From: Cyanobacteria bacterium P01_A01_bin.123
GTDB taxonomy: Bacteria; Cyanobacteriota; Cyanobacteriia; Phormidesmidales; Phormidesmidaceae
NCBI GenBank assembly: GCA_039815185.1
Contig: JBCBZT010000043.1
Coordinates: 1 to 64,000 of the forward strand
DNA: 64,000 nucleotides
Direction: 5' to 3'
The notes beneath the pieces are model-generated. The model was not told the origin of the DNA. It saw only the letters and a program-made list of their open reading frames with translations, and did no database searches. This document shows, one piece after another, positions 1-9,898 of this stretch. The stretch's first letter is position 1. Each line of letters begins with the position of its first letter. The translations under genes were made by a program, and so were the position numbers.

Positions 1-466
1 GACCGTCAGTAATAACGTGGACACAAACCTCAGATAAATCCTGCGCCTTGGCCATATCCAATAACCCCAACAAGTGGCTGAGGTGGGAATGAACCCCGCC
101 TTCTGAACACAGGCCAATTAGATGCAGTTTACCGTTGCGGTAGCGAACGTCTTGGCAAACGCCTAGTACAGCAGGATTCTCTTGGATAGTGCCGTCTTCT
201 ACAGCATCCGTAATCCGCACGAGCTCTTGGGGCACAACCCGGCCCGCACCAATATTGAGGTGACCCACTTCAGAGTTACCCATTTGCCCTGCCGGTAACC
301 CAACATCTTTACCAGAGGTACGAATCAAGGTGTGAGGGTAGGCGCTCCAAAGGCTATCAATGATCGGGGTTTTTGCTGTTTGAACAGCATTTCCATCCGC
401 GTTTTCTCGATATCCCCAACCATCCAAGATGACGAGCACCATCGGTGAAACAGGCGCTTGTGTCAT
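1..466 (-). CDS. gpmI: 2,3-bisphosphoglycerate-independent phosphoglycerate mutase (5' part; runs off window)
   Basis: Manual translation from ATG at 466 gives MTQAPVSPMVLVILDGWGY...GLPAGQMGNSEVGHLNIGAGRVVPQEL, the iPGM signature. Confidence 0.95.
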   Translation of the reverse strand, partial: MTQAPVSPMVLVILDGWGYRENADGNAVQTAKTPIIDSLWSAYPHTLIRTSGKDVGLPAGQMGNSEVGHLNIGAGRVVPQELVRITDAVEDGTIQENPAVLGVCQDVRYRNGKLHLIGLCSEGGVHSHLSHLLGLLDMAKAQDLSEVCVHVITDG

Positions 467-1075
467 ACCAAAAATTCCTCAACAGTGTCGGCACTAGTCT
501 AAGAGATCATACCATTCGCCTAATAACAGGGAAGACAGTATCTTCATCTCTTCCTCAACCTGGATTTTTTCCCCAGGATGATCACGACATCGGGCCCAGA
601 AAGGTTCGTCAGCCTTGCCTTTAGTGCCCCTGCTGAAGCCCCATGATTCTCTAAGATCGACATTAATTATTGATTAAGGTTTCTTTGAAAGCCTTGGGAA
701 TCAATGTATCTTCGATCCTATTTTCTTAAGCTATTGCTTAAACTTACGGCTGAGAAATAATAAAGACATGGGCCTAGTGCGAACTATTGAGCAATTTTTG
801 ACGTCTGCACGGAGTCGTATCAGGGCTTCTTCTAATCCGCGTTGGGAACACAAAATTCAAGCACGTGTTTTGCAGGCGAAGCATAATTTTTTAGCGCGAA
901 AGTATAGGTTTTTGGGATGTGAGAATTGATGAGATTTCACAATTTTTCTGATTGATCCGATCATCAAAATCATGAATTGTTCTGAGTAGCTCATTATTCT
1001 AAACAATCTGTAAGCTTCACGGCGCTTGTCCCCCCTCTCCCTGACTCGGAGAACCTTTGGCCTAAAATCTTCACT

Positions 1076-1756
1076 ATGAAGATCTTGTTGGTTGATGATG
1101 AGATAGAGCTGACCGCCCCTTTAAGTCGGTTGCTCCAACGCCAGGGCTATCGGGTAGATGTAGCCACAGATGGCACCTGCGGCAGCAAACTTGCGGCTAC
1201 GGGTAGCTATGACTTGCTGATTTTGGACTGGATGCTGCCGCAGATCAGTGGATTAGAGATTTGCAAACAGGTGCGATCGCGGGGGGACTGCACCCCTGTA
1301 TTGTTTCTCACGGCTAAAGACACCGTGGACGATCGCGTCGATGGGCTTGATGCGGGAGCCGATGATTACTTGGTCAAACCTTTCGAGCTGCGGGAACTGC
1401 TGGCGCGAGTGCGGGCCTTACTGCGCCGCCCACCAACCCTAGAACCTACGGGAACGAGTGCCCCCCTTCAGTTTGCAAACCTATCACTTGATGTGGCGAA
1501 CCAACTGGCCTATCGGGGCGATCGCGGGGTAGAGCTCTCAGAGAAAGAAACTCAGCTTCTGGCCTACTTACTCAGTCAACCCAACCAAGTATTGACCCAC
1601 GACGATATTTACAGTGCTATCTGGGAAGACAAAGACAAGCCCAGCAGCAATGTACTCGCAGCCCAAATGCGCCTTTTGCGACGCAAAATTGAGCACCCTG
1701 GCGAAACGGCTCTGATTCATACGGTGTATGGCAAGGGGTATCGGCTGGGGGATTAA
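1076..1756 (+). CDS. OmpR-family response regulator (RppA-like), no adjacent kinase
   Basis: Receiver motifs LLVDD, LDWMLP, DYLVKPF; winged-helix end IHTVYGKGYR. Confidence 0.9.
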   Translation: MKILLVDDEIELTAPLSRLLQRQGYRVDVATDGTCGSKLAATGSYDLLILDWMLPQISGLEICKQVRSRGDCTPVLFLTAKDTVDDRVDGLDAGADDYLVKPFELRELLARVRALLRRPPTLEPTGTSAPLQFANLSLDVANQLAYRGDRGVELSEKETQLLAYLLSQPNQVLTHDDIYSAIWEDKDKPSSNVLAAQMRLLRRKIEHPGETALIHTVYGKGYRLGD

Positions 1757-1862
1757 GTTAGGTGTGGAATCTCTGCGCAGGTTAAGAATGTTGTCGATCA
1801 GGATTGTTAAACATCGATTAACCTTCTAAACAATTGACACGAAGCAACATGAGTCAAATGCA

Positions 1863-2732
1863 ATGACGACTTTGGCACCCGAAGCCAACCCACAAGTTCA
1901 AGGGGAAATTGGCTATCACCAGCTCTCTAATTGGTGGTTGCAAACCTTCACTGAGCAAGAACGTGCCCACATTGAGCAAGCCTATCAACCGTTTCAAATC
2001 GAACCGGCGACTTGCCACCCGCTCACCGATTTAGCAGTGCAAGACTCTAGCGAGGCTGCCGGTCAGTTTTTGTTTAATTTAGCCAGTTGGTTAGCGATGC
2101 CTCGCGATCGCGCCTTAACCTATCGGATTTTGACCAAAGCCTTAGAATTGAGCGAGCCTGGGGACGATATCTTACAGGTGCATCAGCACTACCAAGTATT
2201 AATCAAATTCTATGGCGAACAGCAACCGTTGACTGGCGCCATGCTGGAAGCAGCGCTGAAAACGGGAGAACAAATGGTGGCGATCGCGCCCCAAGTAGCC
2301 CAAGCTCTTAAGCAAAAGCAGCCCGAAGCTCCACTACCCCGTCACCAAGGATTTGAGCAGCTGATTCGGCTGCGGGCAAACCAAGGAGACGATCGTGCCG
2401 TTACGCGTCTCTGTCGGCTGGCTAAGGAACAGGGTTGGCAAGGCGGATGGGACAAGCTGATCGCTAAATATCGAGACTCGGGGCTGATGGATTTCTTTGC
2501 CCCTGCTGAAAACGTCCCAGAACCGGAAGTTAAGACGGTCGTTGATCCGAATACTGGTTTCTTGGTAGCCATTACGGATAACTTGGCCTCAAACAATCTC
2601 TCAGCTCGGGCAACTGAAGTTTCTGAGCCTGAAACGGAATCTGATGCGATCGCGTCCTCTAATGAAGCACCGAGTTTAGACGCCCCTCCCCCCCCATCCA
2701 GCGAGTCTGAGCGTGACAACATCCATGATTAA
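1863..2732 (+). CDS. Hypothetical protein, helical/TPR-like core with acidic Pro/Ser-rich tail
   Basis: 289-aa ORF with host-like composition and HIP1 sites; no catalytic motif recognised. Confidence 0.7.
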   Translation: MTTLAPEANPQVQGEIGYHQLSNWWLQTFTEQERAHIEQAYQPFQIEPATCHPLTDLAVQDSSEAAGQFLFNLASWLAMPRDRALTYRILTKALELSEPGDDILQVHQHYQVLIKFYGEQQPLTGAMLEAALKTGEQMVAIAPQVAQALKQKQPEAPLPRHQGFEQLIRLRANQGDDRAVTRLCRLAKEQGWQGGWDKLIAKYRDSGLMDFFAPAENVPEPEVKTVVDPNTGFLVAITDNLASNNLSARATEVSEPETESDAIASSNEAPSLDAPPPPSSESERDNIHD

Positions 2733-2840
2733 ACTATAGTGCTGGCCAGATTGCTTAACACACCGAGTATCGCTGGGATGCTCAGCACACAAGCAATCCG
2801 GCTCGCCGTAGCACCCAAAGCTTTGGGGCTACGGCTATAT

Positions 2841-3461
2841 CTATGCGGTAAATGCCATCTGCCAGAAGGCCTGCTCAAGTTCGGCAACTTTGAGAAAGGC
2901 AGCTTCTGCTCGAGTTACGTCTGAGGCTTGCCCTTGTGCTAAGGCTTCATCAGCCTGCTGGGCCAATAGCTGCACGTAGTCTGTAAAGCCAGGATTACCC
3001 CACCGATCGGCAAATTCAGTGTAGGGTTCGGCCATGGGGCCAGGGAGTTGCCAACCCTGGTTATAGGCTAGTTCAATTGCCCAAAACGCAGTGGCTTGCA
3101 GAGCATAGGGGGCGTCTGCAAGTTGGATCATGACGTTGCAGTACGTTTCACAGGTGGGTTGAAGCGGCACATCTAGGGTCAACCCCCGTTCAGCCGCTTT
3201 AGCTTTGAACCAGTTGAGTTCGTCTCGGAGGGCGGTGAGTCCACCTAGCAGCACGTCGAAATGGTCAAGGGGAGCTACGGTGACCAATCGAGCCGCCATG
3301 CGGGTAAATTCGGTTACAAATAGATAGTCTTGTACCAGCCAGGTGTTGAATTGATGGGACGCGATCGCCCCCGTTTTGCACTGATCTAAAAAAGGGTGGT
3401 GAGTCGCTTGATGCCAAGCTTGGGCATGGCGCTCCAGCAATGTTTGACAGGTTAAAGACAT
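2841..3461 (-). CDS. tenA: TenA/THI-4 family protein (thiamine salvage aminopyrimidine aminohydrolase-like)
   Basis: HPFL, WLVQDYLF and E..FW.MA motifs of TenA/heme-oxygenase-like fold. Confidence 0.8.
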   Translation of the reverse strand: MSLTCQTLLERHAQAWHQATHHPFLDQCKTGAIASHQFNTWLVQDYLFVTEFTRMAARLVTVAPLDHFDVLLGGLTALRDELNWFKAKAAERGLTLDVPLQPTCETYCNVMIQLADAPYALQATAFWAIELAYNQGWQLPGPMAEPYTEFADRWGNPGFTDYVQLLAQQADEALAQGQASDVTRAEAAFLKVAELEQAFWQMAFTA

Positions 3462-3789
3462 GCGATCGTTTTTCCTCCCTTAATTAAAACCTGACACCAA
3501 AACGTAGTCTACTCTTCCCAATGACCCAACAAGATAAAACTGCGTTAGAAGTCAATACGAAACTCAAATCCCTGTTGGGTGAATCCCAATCGCTGATACA
3601 GATCATGGACTTTAGGTCTAGACGTGCGGCTGGTAGCGATCAGTTTGTAGCAATTCATGTCTTTGGCTAACGTAATCACCTGTTTGACTAGTTCTGAACC
3701 AACCCTTGACCTCGATAGGCTTCATCAACATACACGTCTTCCATCAACCCAAATGGTTGATCGTGTAAATCGTGCACTTACTACCTTTC

Positions 3790-5307
3790 TTACTTTGTTT
3801 CCAACGTATCTCGAAGGGGCAGTACAACTCGATCAATAGCACTTTGTACAAACGCTTTGACAAACGCATCGCGGCGGTTGAGTTGAAACTGCTGTCGCAC
3901 CACCTCTGTCATGCCGCCGTCACCCCAGTCTTGGTTTTGGCAAAAATATTCCATGAAGCTTTTACCGGCAATGCGGGTGAGGTACGCACCGCTGACCCCT
4001 TGAATAGCCCGTCCGGCTAGGGCAGTCGTGAGGTTGGTCTGCAAACCAATCGATAAGAGTTGCACAGCCCCTTTAACAATGCCGAGCCCAGTTAAGGTTT
4101 TGGCTAAAGATAGGGCTAGGGTTTTACCTTCTTCGATGGAGATCTGACAGCCGTAGACGCGACCGAGATCCACCACCATTTGAGCGTTGATGGCGGCAGT
4201 GGCCAACAAATCTAACCCTGGTAGAGGCGTTACCGCAATTACCCCAGCTCCAATCCACTGGTATCGGTCTAAAATTTTGTCGGCTTCGGTTTGGCGCTGG
4301 CTGTTGATTAGGCGACGGGCTTCGGCGGCAATCCGTTGGGATTGCAGCAGCAGATTGTCGGCCACCAGGTTGGCCCCCTCTTCTCGTAGCACTTGGGTGA
4401 GGCGATCGAGCAGCGGCCACAGCTCTGGTTCACTTTGAAACCAGTCACCGCTTTCTAACTGAAGTGGTTGGGGTTGAGCCGCGATCGCGACGATATCCAT
4501 CGGCGCAATGAGCCCCCCCAAACGCGATCGCACCCTGGCTAAAAGCTGATTCAGGTCTGATTCTAGATAGCGATCGCGTTTGTTCAAAATCAGTAGCGAT
4601 CGCTTTCCCATATTTACCAAAGCTGCTAATACCTGAAATTCCGACTGGGTCAAATCGTTGTCAATCACAAACAACAGCAGATCAGCGTCGGCAGCCAGTT
4701 GCCTAGCGATAGCAGCTCGATCTGCCCCCAAATCCCCGGCCTCAAGTAAACCTGGAGTATCAGTAATCCACAGTTGCCAGGCAATATCGGGTAGATCAAG
4801 GCGATAGGTTTCTCCTTGATCAGTCGTCCCTAAGGGAGCCCCTACCTCACCCACCACTTGCCCCACTAGGGCATTGACCAGCGAGGTTTTGCCCGCAGAC
4901 CCGGTGCCAAACACAACCAGTTTAATGATGCCTTGACTGTAGCTGGCCTCTAGGCGATGAGATTGCTGGATGAGGGCCTGTCGCGCCACTTCATCTTGAA
5001 TTTGGTTTACCTGCTGACGAATGGCTTTGAGGGAGGCATCGGCAGCTTCAACTTTGGTTTGGGGTGGCTTAACGGGGCGCGATCGCTTTCGCTTGGGCCT
5101 TAGAAACAGATAGCCGTAGTAGACCAACATGGCCACAGCAGCAAGGATGAGTGCCACCATCATCAGCAACACCAAGTTGGCCAACAAAGGTGACCCAACT
5201 GCAATGCTGGAATAGAGTCGAGATAATGCTTCCACCAGCCAAACACCCATCCCCAGCAGCAGAATGAGTCCCACAATGAGTGGTAAAAAGCGCCACGACC
5301 CTCTCAA
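3790..5307 (-). CDS. Membrane-anchored Era-like GTPase with DUF697/YcjF-type C-terminus
   Basis: Two N-terminal TM helices; G1 GTGSAGKTS, G3 DTPG, G4 NKRD; PLPGLDLLA motif. Confidence 0.85.
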   Translation of the reverse strand: MRGSWRFLPLIVGLILLLGMGVWLVEALSRLYSSIAVGSPLLANLVLLMMVALILAAVAMLVYYGYLFLRPKRKRSRPVKPPQTKVEAADASLKAIRQQVNQIQDEVARQALIQQSHRLEASYSQGIIKLVVFGTGSAGKTSLVNALVGQVVGEVGAPLGTTDQGETYRLDLPDIAWQLWITDTPGLLEAGDLGADRAAIARQLAADADLLLFVIDNDLTQSEFQVLAALVNMGKRSLLILNKRDRYLESDLNQLLARVRSRLGGLIAPMDIVAIAAQPQPLQLESGDWFQSEPELWPLLDRLTQVLREEGANLVADNLLLQSQRIAAEARRLINSQRQTEADKILDRYQWIGAGVIAVTPLPGLDLLATAAINAQMVVDLGRVYGCQISIEEGKTLALSLAKTLTGLGIVKGAVQLLSIGLQTNLTTALAGRAIQGVSGAYLTRIAGKSFMEYFCQNQDWGDGGMTEVVRQQFQLNRRDAFVKAFVQSAIDRVVLPLRDTLETK

Positions 5308-5350
5308 GCGAATAAACCTCCCAGTTGCCTCGGCTCAGGATTATTCCCCA

Positions 5351-5944
5351 CTATACTTTCGCCAACACAAACACACTGCCCTGATTTCCCCGACCGATAC
5401 GCATATCTTCGTCGAGGTAGGTAATTTCGAGCCATCCTTGCTGGCGATCGCTATTAATTTGAAAATCAAAGGCCTTGTAAAACGGCAATTTTGGGTTGGT
5501 CTGGATCTGGCGAATGAGTTGTGACGGCGATTGATAGCCGACTAAGCGTTGCAATCCCACAACACCCCGCTCAAACCGCACATCTACCCGTTGAGCATTA
5601 ACCGGTTCAAATCGAGCAGCGACAGAGACCAACCCTTCCAGTAGAGGGAGTCCTGTAACCTCAGCAATGTTGTAGACCTTGGTTTCTGCAACGCGAATAC
5701 ACTGATAGATCTGACCCAACTTCACAACAGGAAAGCGGTCAATCCCCAACAGCTCTTGGCTAGAGGTATAGAGTAATAGCCAGTCACCCTCAAGTAAATC
5801 AGGCGCATCCAAGGGATTAGGCGTTGGATTGCGGGCTTCTACTTGGGCGATCGCAGCGAGGATGGCCGTCTTGTCAGTTTGGGTGGCGAGCAGGCCGCGA
5901 TTTTTACCCGCGATCGCCTGTTTCAAGTCTGTTTTAGCTAACAT
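5351..5944 (-). CDS. PAP/fibrillin family protein
   Basis: NRGL, LEGDWLLLYTS and WLEITYLDEDMRIGRGNQGSVFVL motifs. Confidence 0.92.
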   Translation of the reverse strand: MLAKTDLKQAIAGKNRGLLATQTDKTAILAAIAQVEARNPTPNPLDAPDLLEGDWLLLYTSSQELLGIDRFPVVKLGQIYQCIRVAETKVYNIAEVTGLPLLEGLVSVAARFEPVNAQRVDVRFERGVVGLQRLVGYQSPSQLIRQIQTNPKLPFYKAFDFQINSDRQQGWLEITYLDEDMRIGRGNQGSVFVLAKV

Positions 5945-6157
5945 AGATGGCCTAAACCTGCTGCCAGGTCGAGTAACGGCTTGTGTACTTTAGGGTCTAC
6001 AACAGTTGTACAACAGTAACTTGGCACAGACGCAATCCGAGAAAATCTATCCAGTGATAGACTAGTAGGCTGGTAATAGGTGTTGAGCACCATCGCACAA
6101 TGCCTATGGCCATCACCCAAACTTAATCTGACACCGAGAGATACTGAATTAAATTTT

Positions 6158-6400
6158 ATGGCTTACAATCCCTCACTGCGAGCGATTCCCCGTAGCGAGC
6201 ACGCAGCAGTCATTCCGTTACAGCAAAATGCTTCTATTTTGAAATGGTTAGAGGGCACTGGCCGTCTGATTCCACGAGAACCGGTTGAGGTCGTTAAAGA
6301 AGTGGATGAAGCGAATAATGAAGAAATCACCGATCTGATGGGTGGAGATGACGGCTACGATGACGATGATGACGATGATGTTGATGTAGACGATGACTAG
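6158..6400 (+). CDS. Small cyanobacterial protein (DUF3134-like) with Asp-rich tail
   Basis: From ATG 6158: MAYNPSLR...PLQQNASILKWLEGTGRLIPR; lies between fibrillin and mraY. Confidence 0.75.
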   Translation: MAYNPSLRAIPRSEHAAVIPLQQNASILKWLEGTGRLIPREPVEVVKEVDEANNEEITDLMGGDDGYDDDDDDDVDVDDD

Positions 6401-6683
6401 AGGCTGGGGTTGTGAAGACTCCCCGGCAACCATCAGCCTAGTTATTCGGATGCAGACAAACTGCGGAATAATTAGTACGTCAGAACACTTGGGCTGGCGG
6501 AGATAATCCTGTATTGTCGTGGTTAGAGAAACATGTTTTATGTTTCCTAGGTGAGGGTTTGCGTCAGAAGCCTTAACAAAACTTATTGATTTTGGGTGGC
6601 TAAATCGGGCCTCTATCGCTTAAATATGCGGAAGCCGATGGGCGCTGACTGAAGTGTGTGGTGTGGTGTGAAGGGAAATATTT

Positions 6684-7781
6684 GTGGATGCTAAATTCTT
6701 TTCGACTAAATCCGTAGGGTTTTCGGGTGCTCACCTGCTGTGGATAATTGCCGCAGTGTTGAGTTTGTTGGCCGTCAGCCTCGATTGGAGTGCAGGGCGC
6801 GGGCCGGGGTTTTCTCCCTCGCTAACGGTGCCATTATGGTCCACAGCAATTGCCAGCGGTTTGATTGGGGTTTGGGCAGTGCCCATCTTGCGTCGACTTA
6901 AAACCGGGCAGTTTATCCGGGAGGATGGCCCCCAAGCGCACCTCAAAAAAGCGGGCACGCCGACCATGGGGGGTAGCTTTTTCGTGCCCGTGGCGATCGC
7001 AATCGCGCTGATCTTCACTGGCTTTTCCCAGATAACGTTGGCTGTATCGGCTTTGACCTTTAGCTATGCAGCGATTGGCTGGTTAGACGATTGGCAAGTG
7101 TTACAGCGGCGCTCTAATAAGGGCATTTCCCCCGCGACGAAGCTGTTGCTGCAAGTTGGCTTTGCTGCGTTGTTTTGCATTTGGGCTTTGACGACTCAGC
7201 CCGCTACGATTACCAACGTTGCCATGCCTTTTGGTTTGACGATTCCGCTAGGTTTTTTGTTTTGGCCCTTGGCGGGTTTTGCGTTGGTGGCTGAGAGCAA
7301 CGCCACTAATCTAACGGATGGTTTGGATGGCTTAATGGCGGGTACGGGCGCGATCGCACTGCTGGGTTTAGGGGCTCTAGTTTCGGCGAGCCACCCTGAC
7401 TTGATGGTGTTTTGTGCAGCCATGAGTGGTGGCTGTCTTGGGTTTTTGATGCACAATCGCAACCCCGCCAAAGTATTCATGGGTGATACTGGCTCTTTGG
7501 CCCTAGGGGGCGCGTTGGCTGCAGTAGGCATTCTCAGCAGTAACCTGTTTGGACTCTTAATTGTTACTTTCCTGTTCTTTGCAGAAACCCTGTCTGTGGT
7601 ACTGCAGGTGAGCTACTACAAGGCAACCAAGGGGCCCGACGGGATTGGCAAGCGTCTATTTCGGATGGCTCCACTGCACCACCACTTTGAACTCTCTGGC
7701 TGGTCTGAAATTCAAGTGGTTAGTGTTTTTTATGGTGTGACGGTGCTGCTAGTGCTGTCTGCGATCGCAACCTTAGCCTAG
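6684..7781 (+). CDS. mraY: Phospho-N-acetylmuramoyl-pentapeptide transferase
   Basis: KAGTPTMGG, NLTDGLDGL, FMGDTGS, MAPLHHHFE. Confidence 0.97.
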   Translation: MDAKFFSTKSVGFSGAHLLWIIAAVLSLLAVSLDWSAGRGPGFSPSLTVPLWSTAIASGLIGVWAVPILRRLKTGQFIREDGPQAHLKKAGTPTMGGSFFVPVAIAIALIFTGFSQITLAVSALTFSYAAIGWLDDWQVLQRRSNKGISPATKLLLQVGFAALFCIWALTTQPATITNVAMPFGLTIPLGFLFWPLAGFALVAESNATNLTDGLDGLMAGTGAIALLGLGALVSASHPDLMVFCAAMSGGCLGFLMHNRNPAKVFMGDTGSLALGGALAAVGILSSNLFGLLIVTFLFFAETLSVVLQVSYYKATKGPDGIGKRLFRMAPLHHHFELSGWSEIQVVSVFYGVTVLLVLSAIATLA

Positions 7782-7865
7782 ATTTCTTAGCGAATCCAAG
7801 CGGCGCATCCAAGTGCAGCCTTCAGCCTGTAAGTTTAAACCGCTGCATTTTGAACTGCTTCTTTC

Positions 7866-7900
7866 AAGAGACGTGCATCTTGCCGTCTCTTTTTGTTTTT
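7866..7900 (+). terminator. Intrinsic terminator after mraY
   Basis: AAGAGACG-N10-CGTCTCTT hairpin followed by a T-rich run. Confidence 0.6.
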
Positions 7901-8030
7901 TAGGGCGCATCATCAATTAAACGCAGAAAGCTTTATGGCTGAGCCTTGCCGCGCCCGCCCCAACTAAACGAGCGAGGGGCTGTAACCTACGTTCTAAAAG
8001 CAATGGACATCTAATTGATGACAGCCCCCA
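7901..8030. mobile_element. MITE family A, copy 1 (~130 bp)
   Basis: Imperfect TIRs GGGCGCATCATCAATTA / TAATTGATGACAGCCCC; interior closely matches 58874-59003. Confidence 0.8.
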
Positions 8031-8061
8031 AGCATTGTCTAAGCGCTATGGGGTTGATAGC

Positions 8062-8579
8062 TCAATCTTCAAAGTCCAGAGAGCTTGACGCCTTTGCATT
8101 CTCATTACATATCAAAAATATTGAGCTGATTATGCCTGTTGTTAGAATAATTGCGCCAAAACCAATCAGCTGAGGATAAAGAGAATCAAACCCTCCGCCA
8201 AGGAATAGCCCTGCTGTAGGCCCATCAAGAAGGCCGTATTTCCCATACATCTTAGGCCCTCCGCTAAATAGACCAACGGCGATAGTGCCCCAAAACCGAC
8301 AAAAGAGGTGGACTGGGATAGCCCCAACTGGATCATCGACCCGCAACTTGTCGAGAAAAACCGTTGCGACAATCACCACAAAACTCGCGACAACGCCAAT
8401 GATGGCTGCAGAACTCAAACTAACGTACGCATAAGATGCCGTAATCCCAACACACCCCGCAAGTGTCCCATTTATCAGATTGTAAGCGTGAATAGCGATA
8501 CCAATAAAACCAGCAAGGGCGTCATACCCCCAAGAATCAGCCTTGGATTTTTTATTGGAGAAATTTGTTTACGGCTCAT
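8062..8579 (-). pseudogene. amt: Ammonium transporter (Amt) remnant
   Basis: Frame from ~8478 reads LINGTLAGCVGITASYAYV...KLRVDDPVGAIPVHLFCRFWGTIAVGLF (Amt C-terminal half). The ATG at 8579 opens a short hydrophobic peptide in another frame that stops at the junction; most of the gene is missing. Confidence 0.8.
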
Positions 8580-8584
8580 GAACC

Positions 8585-8677
8585 TAAGTAGGTGGCCAAA
8601 ACTATTCAATATTGTGGAAGCTGCCATACAAGCATCTCAGCGACTCAGAACTACGTTTACTTATGGCCATCTACTTA
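8585..8677. mobile_element. MITE family B, copy 1 (93 bp)
   Basis: Terminal inverted repeats TAAGTAGGTGGCCAAAA / TTATGGCCATCTACTTA (15/17); partial homolog at 18095-18157. Confidence 0.7.
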
Positions 8678-9031
8678 CAATTGACGAAGAGGGCGATTAC
8701 ATGAAAGCGCTGTTCGTTGTCAAAGCCAAAGTTCGGGCGCGGTTTCTGACTACCCTTGCCCTCAATGCTCAGCTAGACCCGATTTTACGGCTGCCAGTCT
8801 GAACGCCAATCGCGATCGCCTCAGCATTAAGATATTCACTGAGTTGTGGCAACAGTCCGGATGATTTTCAGAATCTCTTCTGAAATCTTGCACGTCGAAT
8901 TTTTGCCAATGTTGAAATGGACTAGCGTTAATTGTCGATTTTAAATTCATGTTGAGGCTAGGCAAAAGGTATATCACCTTGATGCTATAGCGGCTTTATT
9001 TTTCAGGACACCTGCTTTTACCTTATCGGAT

Positions 9032-9061
9032 CTACGGTAAACCCGATACGGTCAGTTCGGT
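9032..9061 (+). promoter_or_regulatory. Possible Rre1/K-box-type heat-shock element upstream of hsp20
   Basis: GTTCGG at 9055-9060, TACGGT twice (9033, 9047), and CTACGG-TAAA-CCCGAT partly matching K-box GTTCGG-NNAN-CCNNAC. Confidence 0.35.
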
Positions 9062-9218
9062 GAGAAAACCCCCTATTTAGGTAAGGTTTCTATCACTTTG
9101 AATCAGAAGAATTCTGACCCATCATAGGAACTGTAAACCAATAAGTCCAAAAGCCTGTTTCATTCAAAAGTTCCAAACGGGCTAATAATTGGAAAGACTT
9201 TTTAGGAGGTCAAACCCG

Positions 9219-9707
9219 ATGATCGTTCGCCATTATTTAGATCCCTTCACTGAAATCAACGCCATTCGTCGTCAAATCAACGATGTGTTTGGTGAGCTTG
9301 CCGGAACTGCTGCCAAAACTGACTGGGCACCTGCTTTACGCGTGGTAGATCAAGGCAATGAGTTCATTCTCACGGCGATATTGGCTGGGGTCAACGCTGA
9401 CGACCTGAACATTCAAGTGAGCAACGATACAGTTGTTATCTCTGGTGAACGCAAAGCTGCAGACATCACTGATGAGGCTAAGTTACTCTATGATGATGTT
9501 CGTTATGGTCAATTCCATCGCGTACTTAACCTGCCCGACGCCATCCAGAATGACAGTGTTGAAGCTGACTTCAGTAACGGCATGCTGACACTAACTTTAC
9601 CCAAAGTCATTGAAGCCCAAAACAAAGTGGTCAAAATTAATTTGGGGAATCTAAAAGGTGCTGAAGCATCTGCTATCGAAGCAGATGAAGCCAACCACAA
9701 GGTATAG
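9219..9707 (+). CDS. hspA: Small heat shock protein (Hsp20/alpha-crystallin)
   Basis: ISGER, YGQFHRVLNLP, A.FSNGMLTLTLPK; AGGAGG RBS before ATG 9219. Confidence 0.9.
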   Translation: MIVRHYLDPFTEINAIRRQINDVFGELAGTAAKTDWAPALRVVDQGNEFILTAILAGVNADDLNIQVSNDTVVISGERKAADITDEAKLLYDDVRYGQFHRVLNLPDAIQNDSVEADFSNGMLTLTLPKVIEAQNKVVKINLGNLKGAEASAIEADEANHKV

Positions 9708-9785
9708 CCGTGTGTTGACCAGTAAACTTGGCCAAACACCAGCTTTTTGGTTAAGTCAATTGTCAACAGATAGCTAGAGAGCGGT

Positions 9786-9828
9786 AGCGCCCAGCAACAG
9801 GGATTCCTGTTGCTGGGCGCTGCTTTTT
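9786..9828. terminator. Strong hairpin terminator between convergent hsp20 and caspase genes
   Basis: AGCGCCCAGCAACAGG-GATT-CCTGTTGCTGGGCGCT perfect 16-bp stem then GCTTTTT. Confidence 0.85.
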
Positions 9829-9898
9829 GACCGATGAACCTGTGCTATGCCCTCAAGACTCTGTCTCTGGTCTATGCAGCCGTTGTTTCTGCAAACGA

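Noticed and set aside
3462..3789. TPP riboswitch upstream of tenA
   Set aside because: No CTGAGA / CCTGA...TAAT...GCG.AGG core found on the minus strand
8308..8802. 164-aa plus-strand ORF
   Set aside because: Antisense to the amt remnant and reads through MITE-B; no recognisable motif
8984..9000. CTATAGCGG as an IS630-type end
   Set aside because: No matching opposite end or transposase fragment found
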